The notes: a model not told the origin generated them from the letters alone. DNA of 64,000 nucleotides from an uncultured virus (IMG/VR IMGVR_UViG_3300033066_000375) (IMGVR_UViG_3300033066_000375); one strand, 5' to 3'. Numbered from the stretch's first letter, positions 51,744 to 61,487 are shown. Numbers and translations are program-made.

Positions 51744-54700
51744 CACTGAATGAGGGAAAACGAAATGGCTCTGAAACTCTGGCGACTGGACATGATTGAT
51801 CATGAATTCAATGATGCATATCTGGATCATTGCCATAATTATGCAGATGGTCATATTGTCATTGCCGAAAATGAATCTCAAGCGCGGGCGATGATTGATG
51901 ATAAGCGTATGCCTGGAGTGTGGGAGAATCCAGAACATTCTACTTGCAAAGAAATTGATATGACTACTCCAACCTATCTTACCTGTGATTATCAGGTTCA
52001 CTGAACTGAACAAACCCTGAACACCTATCATGGATGTTCAGGGTTTTTCTTGACATCTATAAAGTAATAGTATAAAATGGGTGCGTGGTCGGAGAAGATG
52101 GCGGGAGTTGTGGCTAAAATACAACACAAACTATTCAGTAGGCGTTCAGGTTACTAGTGTAGAATACCCTATAACAAAACGGAGAACGCACCATGTCCCT
52201 GCAAAAATACGCCACCCCGAACGAACGTGCAATCGCCCAGCGCATCGTGGATTTTGTCCTGGCGCAAGAATGCACGATGTCTGTCTATGATGGTGAAGAA
52301 ATGGTCGTGAAAAAGTCTTCGGATCGTCAGGCAATCCTGGACGCACTTGCAACCACGGAATCCGATATTATCCATTTTCACAATGCTGCGGGCAGTCGTT
52401 TGGGCTGGGTTCATCTTGTCTGGGGTAATGATTGCGATCTTATCAGCGATTCTGCGGACAATGCTGACACCACTTGGCTACTGTACGATGCGGAATTGTT
52501 CGCTGATAGTCTTTTGCCCTAATCCATTCAGTAATGATTCATCTAGTGTGGAGTATACTAGCTTCACACTAGATGAAACGGAGAATTCAGCATGAAATTC
52601 AACGTCAAGTATAACGTGACCCTGACCGATGACCAGGGCGAATACGAAGAATTGCGCAGCACCATCGCCGTGCTGGATTATGCCAGCGCTCCAACCCCCG
52701 CATCCTGGGATGATCCTGGCGACCCTGGTGATTTTGAGTGGCATTTTGAGAATGAAGATGGAACATCTGATAAGTTTGCAGAAGAGAATTGCAGCAAGCG
52801 TGACCGGGAAGCAATCGAAGAGTATATGACGCTGGAAGACGGTTGGCTTGCGCGACGTAACTTCCGCAAGCGCCACGGTTGGGATGATTGATAGAGCGCC
52901 CTTCGGGGCGCTTTCTTTTTTGCCTGCCATCTTCTCCGACCACGCACCCATTTTATCATAATATATCTGAACAGTTCCTGAACAGACTGTAACCGATCTT
53001 GTTACAAAATTCTTGTTGACGTCATATCGGATTAGAGTATAATCAAACCCATACCAACGGAGACTAGACCATGACCCCCAGCGAACTCAAGCGTAACATC
53101 GAACGGAATCGTCCTGAGAGCATGTTTTTCTCTCGCAATAACATGAAGTATGCTGGGGATACCATGCGTAACTATGGGGTGCGTTCCGCGAAAATCTTGA
53201 CCAAAGAGGGTGTAACGGAAGTGTGGGAGCTGTATCGTCGTCAGCCAACCCGCCATGGTTTCACTCGTTCGGTGTATTGGGATAAGGTCACGTTCAACGT
53301 GATTTACGCACTATCTCGTTAAGTTAGAGTTCAGCTTCATAGCGTATAATCTAATCCAACAACCAAGGAAAGCAGCCATGATCCTGAATCGCGAAGAGGC
53401 AACCATCGCATGTAATATATACGCTGCCGCGATTGCCAGCGAATTTCCTCATTTCATGGTCAGCATTCACGTCACAAAAATTCTGGGCGACGTGGTGCAA
53501 TTCTGCATCGCTAACGTCCCCACTGCCAATGATGCACCTTATGGCATCATTCACAATGCGTCATTCTTAGTCAAGGGCTTGATTCAGACTGACCACAAGG
53601 GCGCATACATGGAAAATCCGATTCTGTCTGGTCGTCACTTCAAGTTTCGCAAGATCAGCGGAGCCAATGAGGCTGAAGTGCTGAAAAAGTTTGACATGTG
53701 GATGCTCAAGAATAAAGAGGAAATTCTCGCCATCGTTCCGCGCCTTCGCGGGTATGAGGTTCAGTAACTGTTCAGGTTGATAGTGTAGAATACAATCCAT
53801 ACCAACGGAGACAAGCAAATGCACTGTCAGCCACTGAATACGCCAACCAAAGCTACCCCGTTCTCTGTCGGAGAGTATGTCGTGAACATCTATCAGCATG
53901 GGGTGTTCGTCATCGCCTACCGTTACACGCAATGTAGTGGCGATTCCATGATGGAAGAGATCAAAGAATTGCGCCGCAGAGCCTACCCCGCAGACCAAGG
54001 GTACACCATCGAATGGTAGCTACAAGCGCCCTTTCGGGCGCTTTTGGTATTTCAACCTCCCCGACCGCCATCCCATTTTATACTATCTATCCTGAACGAC
54101 CACTGAATGAAAAAACCTGTTGACAACGTATAAAAGAATAGGTATAGTTCACTCATCGTCAGCGGAGATAGCCAAATGACCACCGAACGTGTTGCCACTC
54201 TGGAAGACATGCAAGGCGCTTATTCCGATCTGTATAAGGATGTGTATGGTTTTCGCCCGCGTAATTTTGCTGGTTGGGACGATTATGATGCTTTGGGTAA
54301 AGAGATCGAATATCTGTATGGCGAGCTTGAACATGTAATGCAGCGTGAAAAGGAAGAGCAGGAGATCGCTGTAGCGGATTTTGAGAAGCGGATAGCCGAC
54401 ACCATCGCTATTGGTGCTGGGACGCGCCAGGATGCGATTCGTTGGATTGCACAGGGTGCTGGCTGGGCCGATCCTGATTTCATCTGTCACGAATTCGGGT
54501 TGCCTTATGGTTACCTTGGTCAGAAGTATCTGTTTGAAGAAATCGCTTGACCATCGCTGCAATTCTGTTATAATACCCTACATCAACCAAGGGGACACGA
54601 TCATGGCCAAGTCGAAAAAGCCCGTCATCCTGACCAACAAGACCAAGCAAGTGGTCGATAAGCCGTTCATTGTCAAGATGATGAACGAGAATGATGCTTG

Positions 54701-54956
54701 GCTGTATCGTGGCATTCTGCGCATCTATGATCGTCAGACGCAAGATGAACAAAATACCGAAGTCACTGCACATGACAACGGCATCGGGTTTAACTCAGTT
54801 GACGCTACGATTTTATCAAGTTTTGCAAAGCAGATTGCTTCGCGTAACTTTCTAACCCCCAAACAGAAAGAGATTGCCCGTAAGAAGATGAAAAAATACG
54901 CTGGCCAGCTATTGACAATAGCTACCAATAAGGTTATGACACATGCTGCCATATAA
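51744..54956 (+). other. Early-region hypothetical ORFs (51765-52004, 52193-52522, 52592-52891, 53071-53322, 53378-53767, 53819-54019, 54176-54550, 54603-54956)
   Basis: Each preceded by a promoter and GGAG/GGGA RBS; 54176 has the T4-like SDLYKDVYGFRPR motif. Confidence 0.7.
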
Positions 54957-55470
54957 TCCTGTTTACTATATCACCCACAGTTGTAGGATTTAGACCGTAA
55001 TCTCTTGCGATTGCGGTCACTCCATTTTGTAGATCACCCTTAACGCAGCGCGCTCTGATTTCAATAACGTCCTGCTCTGTAATTTTTGAACGTTTATGAT
55101 TACTACCTCTAGGGCGCATTTCATTAGTGATTAATTTGGTTAATATCGCATGTTCAGCATTTTGCGCATTTGAGCACCATTCTAGATTATCAACATGATT
55201 GTTCAACTTATTTCCATCCTTGTGATTAATTTGCTCATAATTATTAGGATTATCTAAAAATGTTATAGCAACCATCCTGTGGACTGTTATTGTTTTCTTT
55301 TCTGGATATAACTTAACTTTCACATAGCCTTTTTTATCTATGGTTTGTTTAAGAAAAAGACCATTAATAGAATGATTCATTTTGTTTGGTTTACTAAAAA
55401 TTCGCCCGTCACTATACACTATATAACGATTATTGTGTGGATATTCTTTGAATTGTATCATAATTTGCAT
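54934..55470 (-). CDS. NUMOD4-type HNH homing endonuclease
   Basis: YIVYSDGRIFS, VHRMVAITF and INHKDGNKLNNHVDNLEW motifs; TATAAATA on the minus strand; AT-rich insert. Confidence 0.9.
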   Translation of the reverse strand: MQIMIQFKEYPHNNRYIVYSDGRIFSKPNKMNHSINGLFLKQTIDKKGYVKVKLYPEKKTITVHRMVAITFLDNPNNYEQINHKDGNKLNNHVDNLEWCSNAQNAEHAILTKLITNEMRPRGSNHKRSKITEQDVIEIRARCVKGDLQNGVTAIARDYGLNPTTVGDIVNRIIWQHVS

Positions 55471-55580
55471 CTCCTGTTTATTGTATTTATACCCGATGGT
55501 TTAATTTGAAAGACCCGAATCATTAAGTCACAGTTCAGGTTTGATCTGTATACTACTTACCAACCAACAAGGACTTAAAA

Positions 55581-55946
55581 ATGAAAAGCATTCGCGATGC
55601 GGCACTGCTGTCTCAGATTCTGAATCTGATCGAAACGCGGGCTTACGATATCCTGTGTGATATCGTGGACGCAATCCTGTTCAACACTGGCTCCGTCCAA
55701 AGCGTTCTGCACAATTGGGGCATCAAGATCAATGTCGAGGCCCCCGCAATTGCGCCTGACACCGTGGCAGTTTACTGCAACGGAATCATATTCAACTTCA
55801 CCATCAAGCAATACAATGAGGTGGTGAATCACTTGTGTTATGGTCGCGTCATTGAAGCTATCAAGGCCACTCGCACAGCTACCAACTATGGCTTGAAGGA
55901 ATCCAAGGAATTCTGTGAAGTGCTGCGCGATAGCCTCCCGCGCTGA
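55581..55946 (+). CDS. Protein with C-terminal ribosomal L7/L12-like domain
   Basis: RVIEAIKATRTATNYGLKESKEFCE resembles L7/L12 KV.VIKAVR.ATGLGLKEAKDLVE. Confidence 0.7.
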   Translation: MKSIRDAALLSQILNLIETRAYDILCDIVDAILFNTGSVQSVLHNWGIKINVEAPAIAPDTVAVYCNGIIFNFTIKQYNEVVNHLCYGRVIEAIKATRTATNYGLKESKEFCEVLRDSLPR

Positions 55947-56151
55947 CCTGGACTAGCTTTTAGAAACGTAATTTTATTCTGAACAACCCTGGATCAGCAA
56001 TGGTCTAGGGTTGTTGTTTTTATGCCACACCAGATTTTTTCACCATCATACGCGCTGTGATGATCTAAAATAGTGTTGAAATAGCTTCCAATAATCTTTC
56101 CAATAATCTTTCCAATGGTGTATCATTCGATCATTCCAAGGGAGAACAGCC

Positions 56152-56544
56152 ATGGGCCAGACAATCGAAGTCGCAATCGGATATGATGACAACGGTGAAA
56201 GTATCATGGAAACGCTGCCCGCGAAGTTCATCGTGTGTCCTGAGTGTGAGGGCCATGGCACCATCATGAATATCAGCATGGGCGGGCACGCCTACACGCA
56301 GGAAGAATTCAATAAACAATTCGATGACGAGGATAGCGCGGAATATTTCAAGCGTGGTGGCAAGTATGACGTACAGTGTCCCCACTGCAAGGGTAAGAAC
56401 GTGGTGTTGGACATTGACGCGGAAGCATGCGTGACCAATGAACAAAAGGACATTGTGAAAGCTTACGTCATTTGGCAGCATGAATTGTGGAAGGGTGAGA
56501 TGGAAGACAGGATGACGATGCGCGGAGAATCCGGGCAGTGGTAG
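56152..56544 (+). CDS. Zn-finger (CxxCxGxG) hypothetical protein
   Basis: VCPECEGHG and CPHCKGKN motifs. Confidence 0.75.
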   Translation: MGQTIEVAIGYDDNGESIMETLPAKFIVCPECEGHGTIMNISMGGHAYTQEEFNKQFDDEDSAEYFKRGGKYDVQCPHCKGKNVVLDIDAEACVTNEQKDIVKAYVIWQHELWKGEMEDRMTMRGESGQW

Positions 56545-57386
56545 GAATTGAGCGGTGCGATCAGTGGCAATGGACTGTAGGGTCGCACCGTCCTATCAGG
56601 GAATGCTACATTAGCAAACCCTAATTTGCATTTTTCAGGTTTACAATGCGCAACTTACAAGTGTACCAAAGCCAACCTGAACACAGGCTGAACAAATCAG
56701 GGTCGCTGGGAAATGCGATGCACTGATTCACTAAACGTACCATAACCCCCATGAAGCATGCAATAGTGATTTTCGTTCAGGGTCCATTCAGTTATATTAT
56801 GGTAAAATGGGTGCGTGGTCGGGAGAATTGGCGAGCTTCAGAATGTTGCGAAAAACAACAGCCACTACGTGGAGCACTGTCCCGACCTCCAGCCCATTTT
56901 GAACTAACTCGAAAGACATGGGAAGTACCGTTCGTCGGAAAGTCTAGGCGAAGATCGCTAGCACAATCCTGGAAAGCGTGCAAGTGCCATATGGCATATG
57001 GTGTAATTATCCAGAAGGTCTATAGTCCTATCCATGCCGCAGCGGTCCAGCGGTCCAGCAGCTTCAGGAGCATATCAGTATGTCGTCTTTCAATGCTTTG
57101 GTCGATGATCTCAAGACTGCGTATCAGGCCGGTTTGGATTGTTGGGATGATGGTCGTTCGCCGTTGGAATGGGGCGGTGAATTGCTCTGTGGTGACCTTG
57201 AGGTTCACATGCCGTTGGTCGATGCGCTCAAGGATCGCGTCCAGCGCGAGGATCTCGAAACGGCGGTGGGCGCAAAGTTTAGCCTCCGCTGGAACGGCGA
57301 ATCCTACGATCTTCTGGCACGTTGGCACGTTGCACCTGTCGCAAACTAGTTGTATACTAACCTCTCTCAACAACGGAGCACCGAAC

Positions 57387-58151
57387 ATGAACACGATCAC
57401 GCTGCAAGGCCCGATGACCCTTTCCCGCTTTGGCTTTCTCGCGAGTCTGGCGCTGCTGAGTGTGCTTGACACGTTGGCACAATGCACCGCTGGCCGTTTC
57501 GCCGCCATCATCGGCTATGTTCCGGTGGGCAAAGACTGGCTCACGCTGCCCAAGTATGACGCGACCTTCACCAGTCGCTTTGACACTCTCAAGCTCTACC
57601 AGCGTAAGCGTATGGCGCTGGAGGCGATCACCTTTGAGATGCTGGCCGATGCCATCGCCAAGGAACCAAAGCTTGCCACGCTTGAGCATGATGCGCTTGT
57701 GACGCTGTTCACCCTGCGCAAGTCGCTGATGCTGCAATCGCTGGATGGTACGCGAGAGGATACGGCAGCACACCGCGAAGGTCAGGCGCGCTGTCATGCA
57801 ACGGTCGAGGATGGTCTGCCCGCTGGCGTCCGCGTCCATTACGTGACCGCAAAGGGTGATGATGGTCTGATGTATCCTGTGTTGCACGATGGTGCGCCTG
57901 TGGCCGAGTCTGTGCGCCTCCACGCTATCGTGCAATCTCGCCGCTACATCGTCAAGGGTGAGCGCAAGAAAGTGAACAGCGGTGCTCCTGTGTTGATGAG
58001 CAACGCGATTAAGAGCCTGTTGAATAGTCGCAGCGTGAGCATCACGTCGTTTACGTTGCGTGACAATTTCGATGCGGTGCGCGTCGATGGTCACACGATC
58101 AGCAATGATGACGAACTGTATACGCCAACGGGTGAGGGCGATGATGACTGA
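57387..58151 (+). CDS. Hypothetical protein, paralog of the N-terminal domain of 31682-33484
   Basis: RBS GGAG before ATG 57387; shared KVNSGAPVLMS motif. Confidence 0.75.
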   Translation: MNTITLQGPMTLSRFGFLASLALLSVLDTLAQCTAGRFAAIIGYVPVGKDWLTLPKYDATFTSRFDTLKLYQRKRMALEAITFEMLADAIAKEPKLATLEHDALVTLFTLRKSLMLQSLDGTREDTAAHREGQARCHATVEDGLPAGVRVHYVTAKGDDGLMYPVLHDGAPVAESVRLHAIVQSRRYIVKGERKKVNSGAPVLMSNAIKSLLNSRSVSITSFTLRDNFDAVRVDGHTISNDDELYTPTGEGDDD

Positions 58152-58612
58152 TAGTAACAAGTAGTAACACCATACTAGGGCCAGCATAATGCTGGCCCTT
58201 TTCTTTGGGCATTATCAGATAGTAACTTGATAGTAACTTGATAATGATCAGGGCATTATCAACTGGCATTATGTGATCGTCAAAAAACAGTTTGGGGTTA
58301 CGATGAGTTACTTTATTTACTCATTATATATAATCACTTCGCCGGGGGATCAAGTCTATTTTTCCGTATAGACCTTTTTATCATTCTATCCAAAATTATA
58401 TTTTATAATGCCTTATGATCATCCAAGTCTATTTTTCTCTCCCACCTTTTTTCTCATTCTACCCAAAATCATCAATCATAATTTACTAGATCAGTTTGCC
58501 ATTCTCTTCTACGCACTTTTCGATCATTCTATCAAGACCCGCATCTAAAAAATTTTTACCAAGATATTTTTAATTATTGTATATAAATATCTGGTAGAAT
58601 ATTGGACATTGT

Positions 58613-59449
58613 ATGAAACTGACTGACATCTTGACCGAAGCAATTAATCTTAGTAGGTATCATAATGAATTCTCTGAGCTAATTCATAAGACACTTCAAA
58701 AAATGATCGATGACGACCAATATCAGGTTTATACTAGTGATGATTATTATAAGAATGGAAAGAAACGACAGACTAAGCGAAGTAAATTCTCTTTAGACCC
58801 AAATAAAGTAGCCCAATCACTTGCACAGTCATTGCAATATAAATGTATGGAAATTATTAGAACTATGTCTAAAAGTAGATCAGTCAATGATTTCCGTTTA
58901 AGGTTTGATCACATATCCACTTCTGGCACATGTGAGGGGATTAAAATTACTATTGACATTGAAGAAATACTTACACCCATTATAGACAGCCTTAATATTT
59001 CTAAGGATGCTTGGAGTGTCGATGTTAGTCCACTTATTTCGATTTTATCGCATGAACTAACTCATGCGATACAGAACATTAAGGCATGGGACAATCTATT
59101 TTTCAATGGAAGTTCTACGACACTCGGAACTAGATCAAAGGAAGATCGCATGGTATATTATTCTCACCCTAGAGAGATGCCCGCATTTGCCCATAATTTT
59201 GCAGCAACGATTATCAGTAATCATCTTAAAACTTCTACACCACCAGACTTGACAGACATTCCTATGATTGTTAAGAATCATCTTAAAAATGTTTTTTCTG
59301 ATGAAGATTGGCGTGATCCAAAAAATTTCAAGATTCTTAAAAAATACTATACACTAATCTATAAGGAAGTTGTGGATTATATGGAGTATAAAGAAAAAAA
59401 GAAATCCATTCCGAATAAATTGGTTCCAACTCCAAATTCTCTTCCATAA
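58613..59449 (+). CDS. Late protein with HExxH metalloprotease motif and MKLxDILxE leader
   Basis: SHELTHAIQ..YYSHPREMPAFA; TATAAATA at 58581. Confidence 0.7.
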   Translation: MKLTDILTEAINLSRYHNEFSELIHKTLQKMIDDDQYQVYTSDDYYKNGKKRQTKRSKFSLDPNKVAQSLAQSLQYKCMEIIRTMSKSRSVNDFRLRFDHISTSGTCEGIKITIDIEEILTPIIDSLNISKDAWSVDVSPLISILSHELTHAIQNIKAWDNLFFNGSSTTLGTRSKEDRMVYYSHPREMPAFAHNFAATIISNHLKTSTPPDLTDIPMIVKNHLKNVFSDEDWRDPKNFKILKKYYTLIYKEVVDYMEYKEKKKSIPNKLVPTPNSLP

Positions 59450-59559
59450 TTCTCCCCCTACGATTTGTTCCGCGTATTCATCTCATGGCTATCTCTTAAA
59501 AATTTCCAGAAAAATTTTAACACTTACGATCATAAATATCATATAAAAGAATCCCTCAT

Positions 59560-60213
59560 ATGTTACTAAATGAAATATTAGATAGACTCGCCGCCCCAGA
59601 AAATGCACGCAAGCATGACACTGCAAGCCCAAACCTGTTTGAATATCACTGGAAAACCAAGTCAGGTAATAGCGTTACATTATCTTTCTTACTTTATAAG
59701 CCCAATGCCGTTGAAATTATGTTTGAAGTTAACTACGACACTTTAGAGACTGGGCGCGATCTTGATAAAGATATATTGAGTTCTGTCTTTTACAAGATTG
59801 GCGAGTTTATAAAAACGCATGGTATCACTGAGGTTAAATTTGAACCTGTGGATGATATTAGTGACTACAAAGGATATGCGCCTCATATAGAAATTATTAA
59901 AGATTTCGTAAAAAACAATGCAGAAATCCGTCATCAAAAAGGTTTAATAAGAGATCTATCGATGGTTATTTCTGACAAGAAGATAAATCATGCTTATATG
60001 AGTTATATTAAGAGTAGAGCATCTAACGCTTTTGATGATGCACATCGGCTAAAGTTTGAGGCACTGCTAGACCAATTAGAAAATATTAATCATAGTTCGA
60101 TGGGTGGGGAGAATAGACGAAAAAGATTATATCTATATGCTATTAAGAAGTACCTACCAGATTGGACTGTAAAACAGCAGAGTTCGTATATCTACGCTTA
60201 TAAAGAATACTAA
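59560..60213 (+). CDS. Late hypothetical protein (MLLNEIL leader)
   Basis: CATAAATA upstream; conserved-type leader. Confidence 0.65.
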   Translation: MLLNEILDRLAAPENARKHDTASPNLFEYHWKTKSGNSVTLSFLLYKPNAVEIMFEVNYDTLETGRDLDKDILSSVFYKIGEFIKTHGITEVKFEPVDDISDYKGYAPHIEIIKDFVKNNAEIRHQKGLIRDLSMVISDKKINHAYMSYIKSRASNAFDDAHRLKFEALLDQLENINHSSMGGENRRKRLYLYAIKKYLPDWTVKQQSSYIYAYKEY

Positions 60214-60246
60214 CCCACTACTATAATTTATCATTTGGAAACCCCT

Positions 60247-60675
60247 ATGAAACTAATTGATATACTACATGAAACTCATTCCAGTACTGTGACTTGGGTC
60301 TATCCTGATATTGATGATGAAATGAATGAAATTGAAAGAACATCACAAGAACTTAATATTGATTTACAGCAATTGATTGATTCTTTTGAAAATGCTCATC
60401 TAATTACATTAAAAGATAATATATGGTCTAGATTGGATAATACCGATTCTTATGATATTGAGCAAGGTGATATGGAGACTGTCACTCGTTTGTCTTCGCA
60501 GTATGGAAAAGATTTACAGAGTATATTAAAGGTCTTCGATCATGGTGGTAGTCTTCCTGCCCCAATCGTGATGAACAGTAATGGTAGGTATTACTTAATT
60601 GCTGGTAATACTAGACTTATGGCAGCGAGAGTTCATGGTGTTATTCCTAATGTGTTATTAGTCGTAGTACGATAA
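60247..60675 (+). CDS. ParB/Srx-like domain protein
   Basis: PAPIVM..YYLIAGNTRLMAAR. Confidence 0.7.
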   Translation: MKLIDILHETHSSTVTWVYPDIDDEMNEIERTSQELNIDLQQLIDSFENAHLITLKDNIWSRLDNTDSYDIEQGDMETVTRLSSQYGKDLQSILKVFDHGGSLPAPIVMNSNGRYYLIAGNTRLMAARVHGVIPNVLLVVVR

Positions 60676-60761
60676 ATATTATCATTTGGAAACCTTATGA
60701 AATACTTACGATACTTATTAGAAACTCAATTACTTGAAGGTAGTATTGGAGAGAATACAGG

Positions 60762-61487
60762 ATGAAACTGTTTACGCAATATCTAATAGAACAATTAAAT
60801 GAGTCCAGAACTGTTCGTGGCGGTCGCATTCGTAGAACTATAGATGAATTGGTTGCTGCTGCTGAATCTATGAAGTCTTGGAAAGATTGGTATGACCGAC
60901 ATGAGTCAACATTAAAAGATGTGTTTGGTGATGATGCTAAACTATTTCAGAAACTACTTTCAGCTACAAGTCAAGCATCCAGTGTACCAACGAATGTCGT
61001 GCTTGCATTGAAAGCATATACACAATTACGTAATGGTACGCCATTCACTGGATATTTACCAGCAGTCATTAAAAATCTTGACAGAATAGCCGCAAATGTT
61101 TCTACACAAGGACAAAAAATTGGACCATATGGAGACGCTAACGAAGGTGATAATGATGCTAGTGCTGTTGATCGTCATATTGCAATGTTATTATTCAATA
61201 CCAAGATTACCAATCGTAAGCAAATAGAGTCAGCAAAAAGACGCATACGGATCATCGCTGATCGACTTGGATGGGCACCACGTCAAGTACAAGCATCTTT
61301 ATGGGCATACAATCAGACATTGTTAGGAACAAACCCAGAGAACATTAAAAGTTATGATACAATAATTAATGCAAAGCGTACAAAAATAGATGCTTTGCGA
61401 TCTGCCTTGCGCGCTGAAATCAATACTGAAACAACTCCTAGTCAAAGTGATGAAATACTACAAACAGTATTGGATAAAATAACATGA
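60762..61487 (+). CDS. Helix-hairpin-helix glycosylase-fold-like phage protein
   Basis: WY..LLSATS..AVDRHIAM..PRQVQASLW. Confidence 0.55.
   Translation: MKLFTQYLIEQLNESRTVRGGRIRRTIDELVAAAESMKSWKDWYDRHESTLKDVFGDDAKLFQKLLSATSQASSVPTNVVLALKAYTQLRNGTPFTGYLPAVIKNLDRIAANVSTQGQKIGPYGDANEGDNDASAVDRHIAMLLFNTKITNRKQIESAKRRIRIIADRLGWAPRQVQASLWAYNQTLLGTNPENIKSYDTIINAKRTKIDALRSALRAEINTETTPSQSDEILQTVLDKIT

Larger units (their letters stand above)
2453..56791. promoter_or_regulatory. Promoter class RTTCAK-N5-RTTCAK-N10/11-TAnnnT, about 35 boxes
   Basis: Examples on +: 36461, 40577, 40947, 43246, 45490, 52133, 53759, 56775; on -: 37763, 41510, 44617, 50745, 52967, 54092. Confidence 0.85.
2140..56895. repeat. 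Dispersed element TAAAAT-GGGTGCGTGGTCGG, 15 copies
   Basis: Core starts on +: 7404, 35967, 39710, 46176, 52079, 56809; on -: 2140, 37732, 41479, 44586, 49278, 50714, 52936, 54061, 56882. Confidence 0.92.

Noticed and set aside
48099..53006. TGTAAC-N7-GTTACA as a GacA or CRP box
   Set aside because: Half-sites and spacing differ from TGTAAG-N6-CTTACA and TGTGA-N6-TCACA; left unassigned.
56086..56116. TTCCAATAATCT short tandem repeat
   Set aside because: Only about 2.5 copies in a promoter region; likely slippage.
2140..56895. Dispersed repeat as a CRISPR array
   Set aside because: Copies are kilobases apart, in both orientations, without regular spacers; no cas gene recognised.
56751..57386. 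N-terminal 212 aa of the 466-aa ORF in the track
   Set aside because: Spans promoters, the repeat element and the overlapping ORF 57080-57349; the real start is probably ATG 57387 with a GGAG RBS.
36467..58187. Long minus-strand ORFs (36467-37141, 38509-39342, 42332-43258, 51107-51793, 57357-58187)
   Set aside because: Antisense shadows of well-supported plus-strand genes with biased codon usage.
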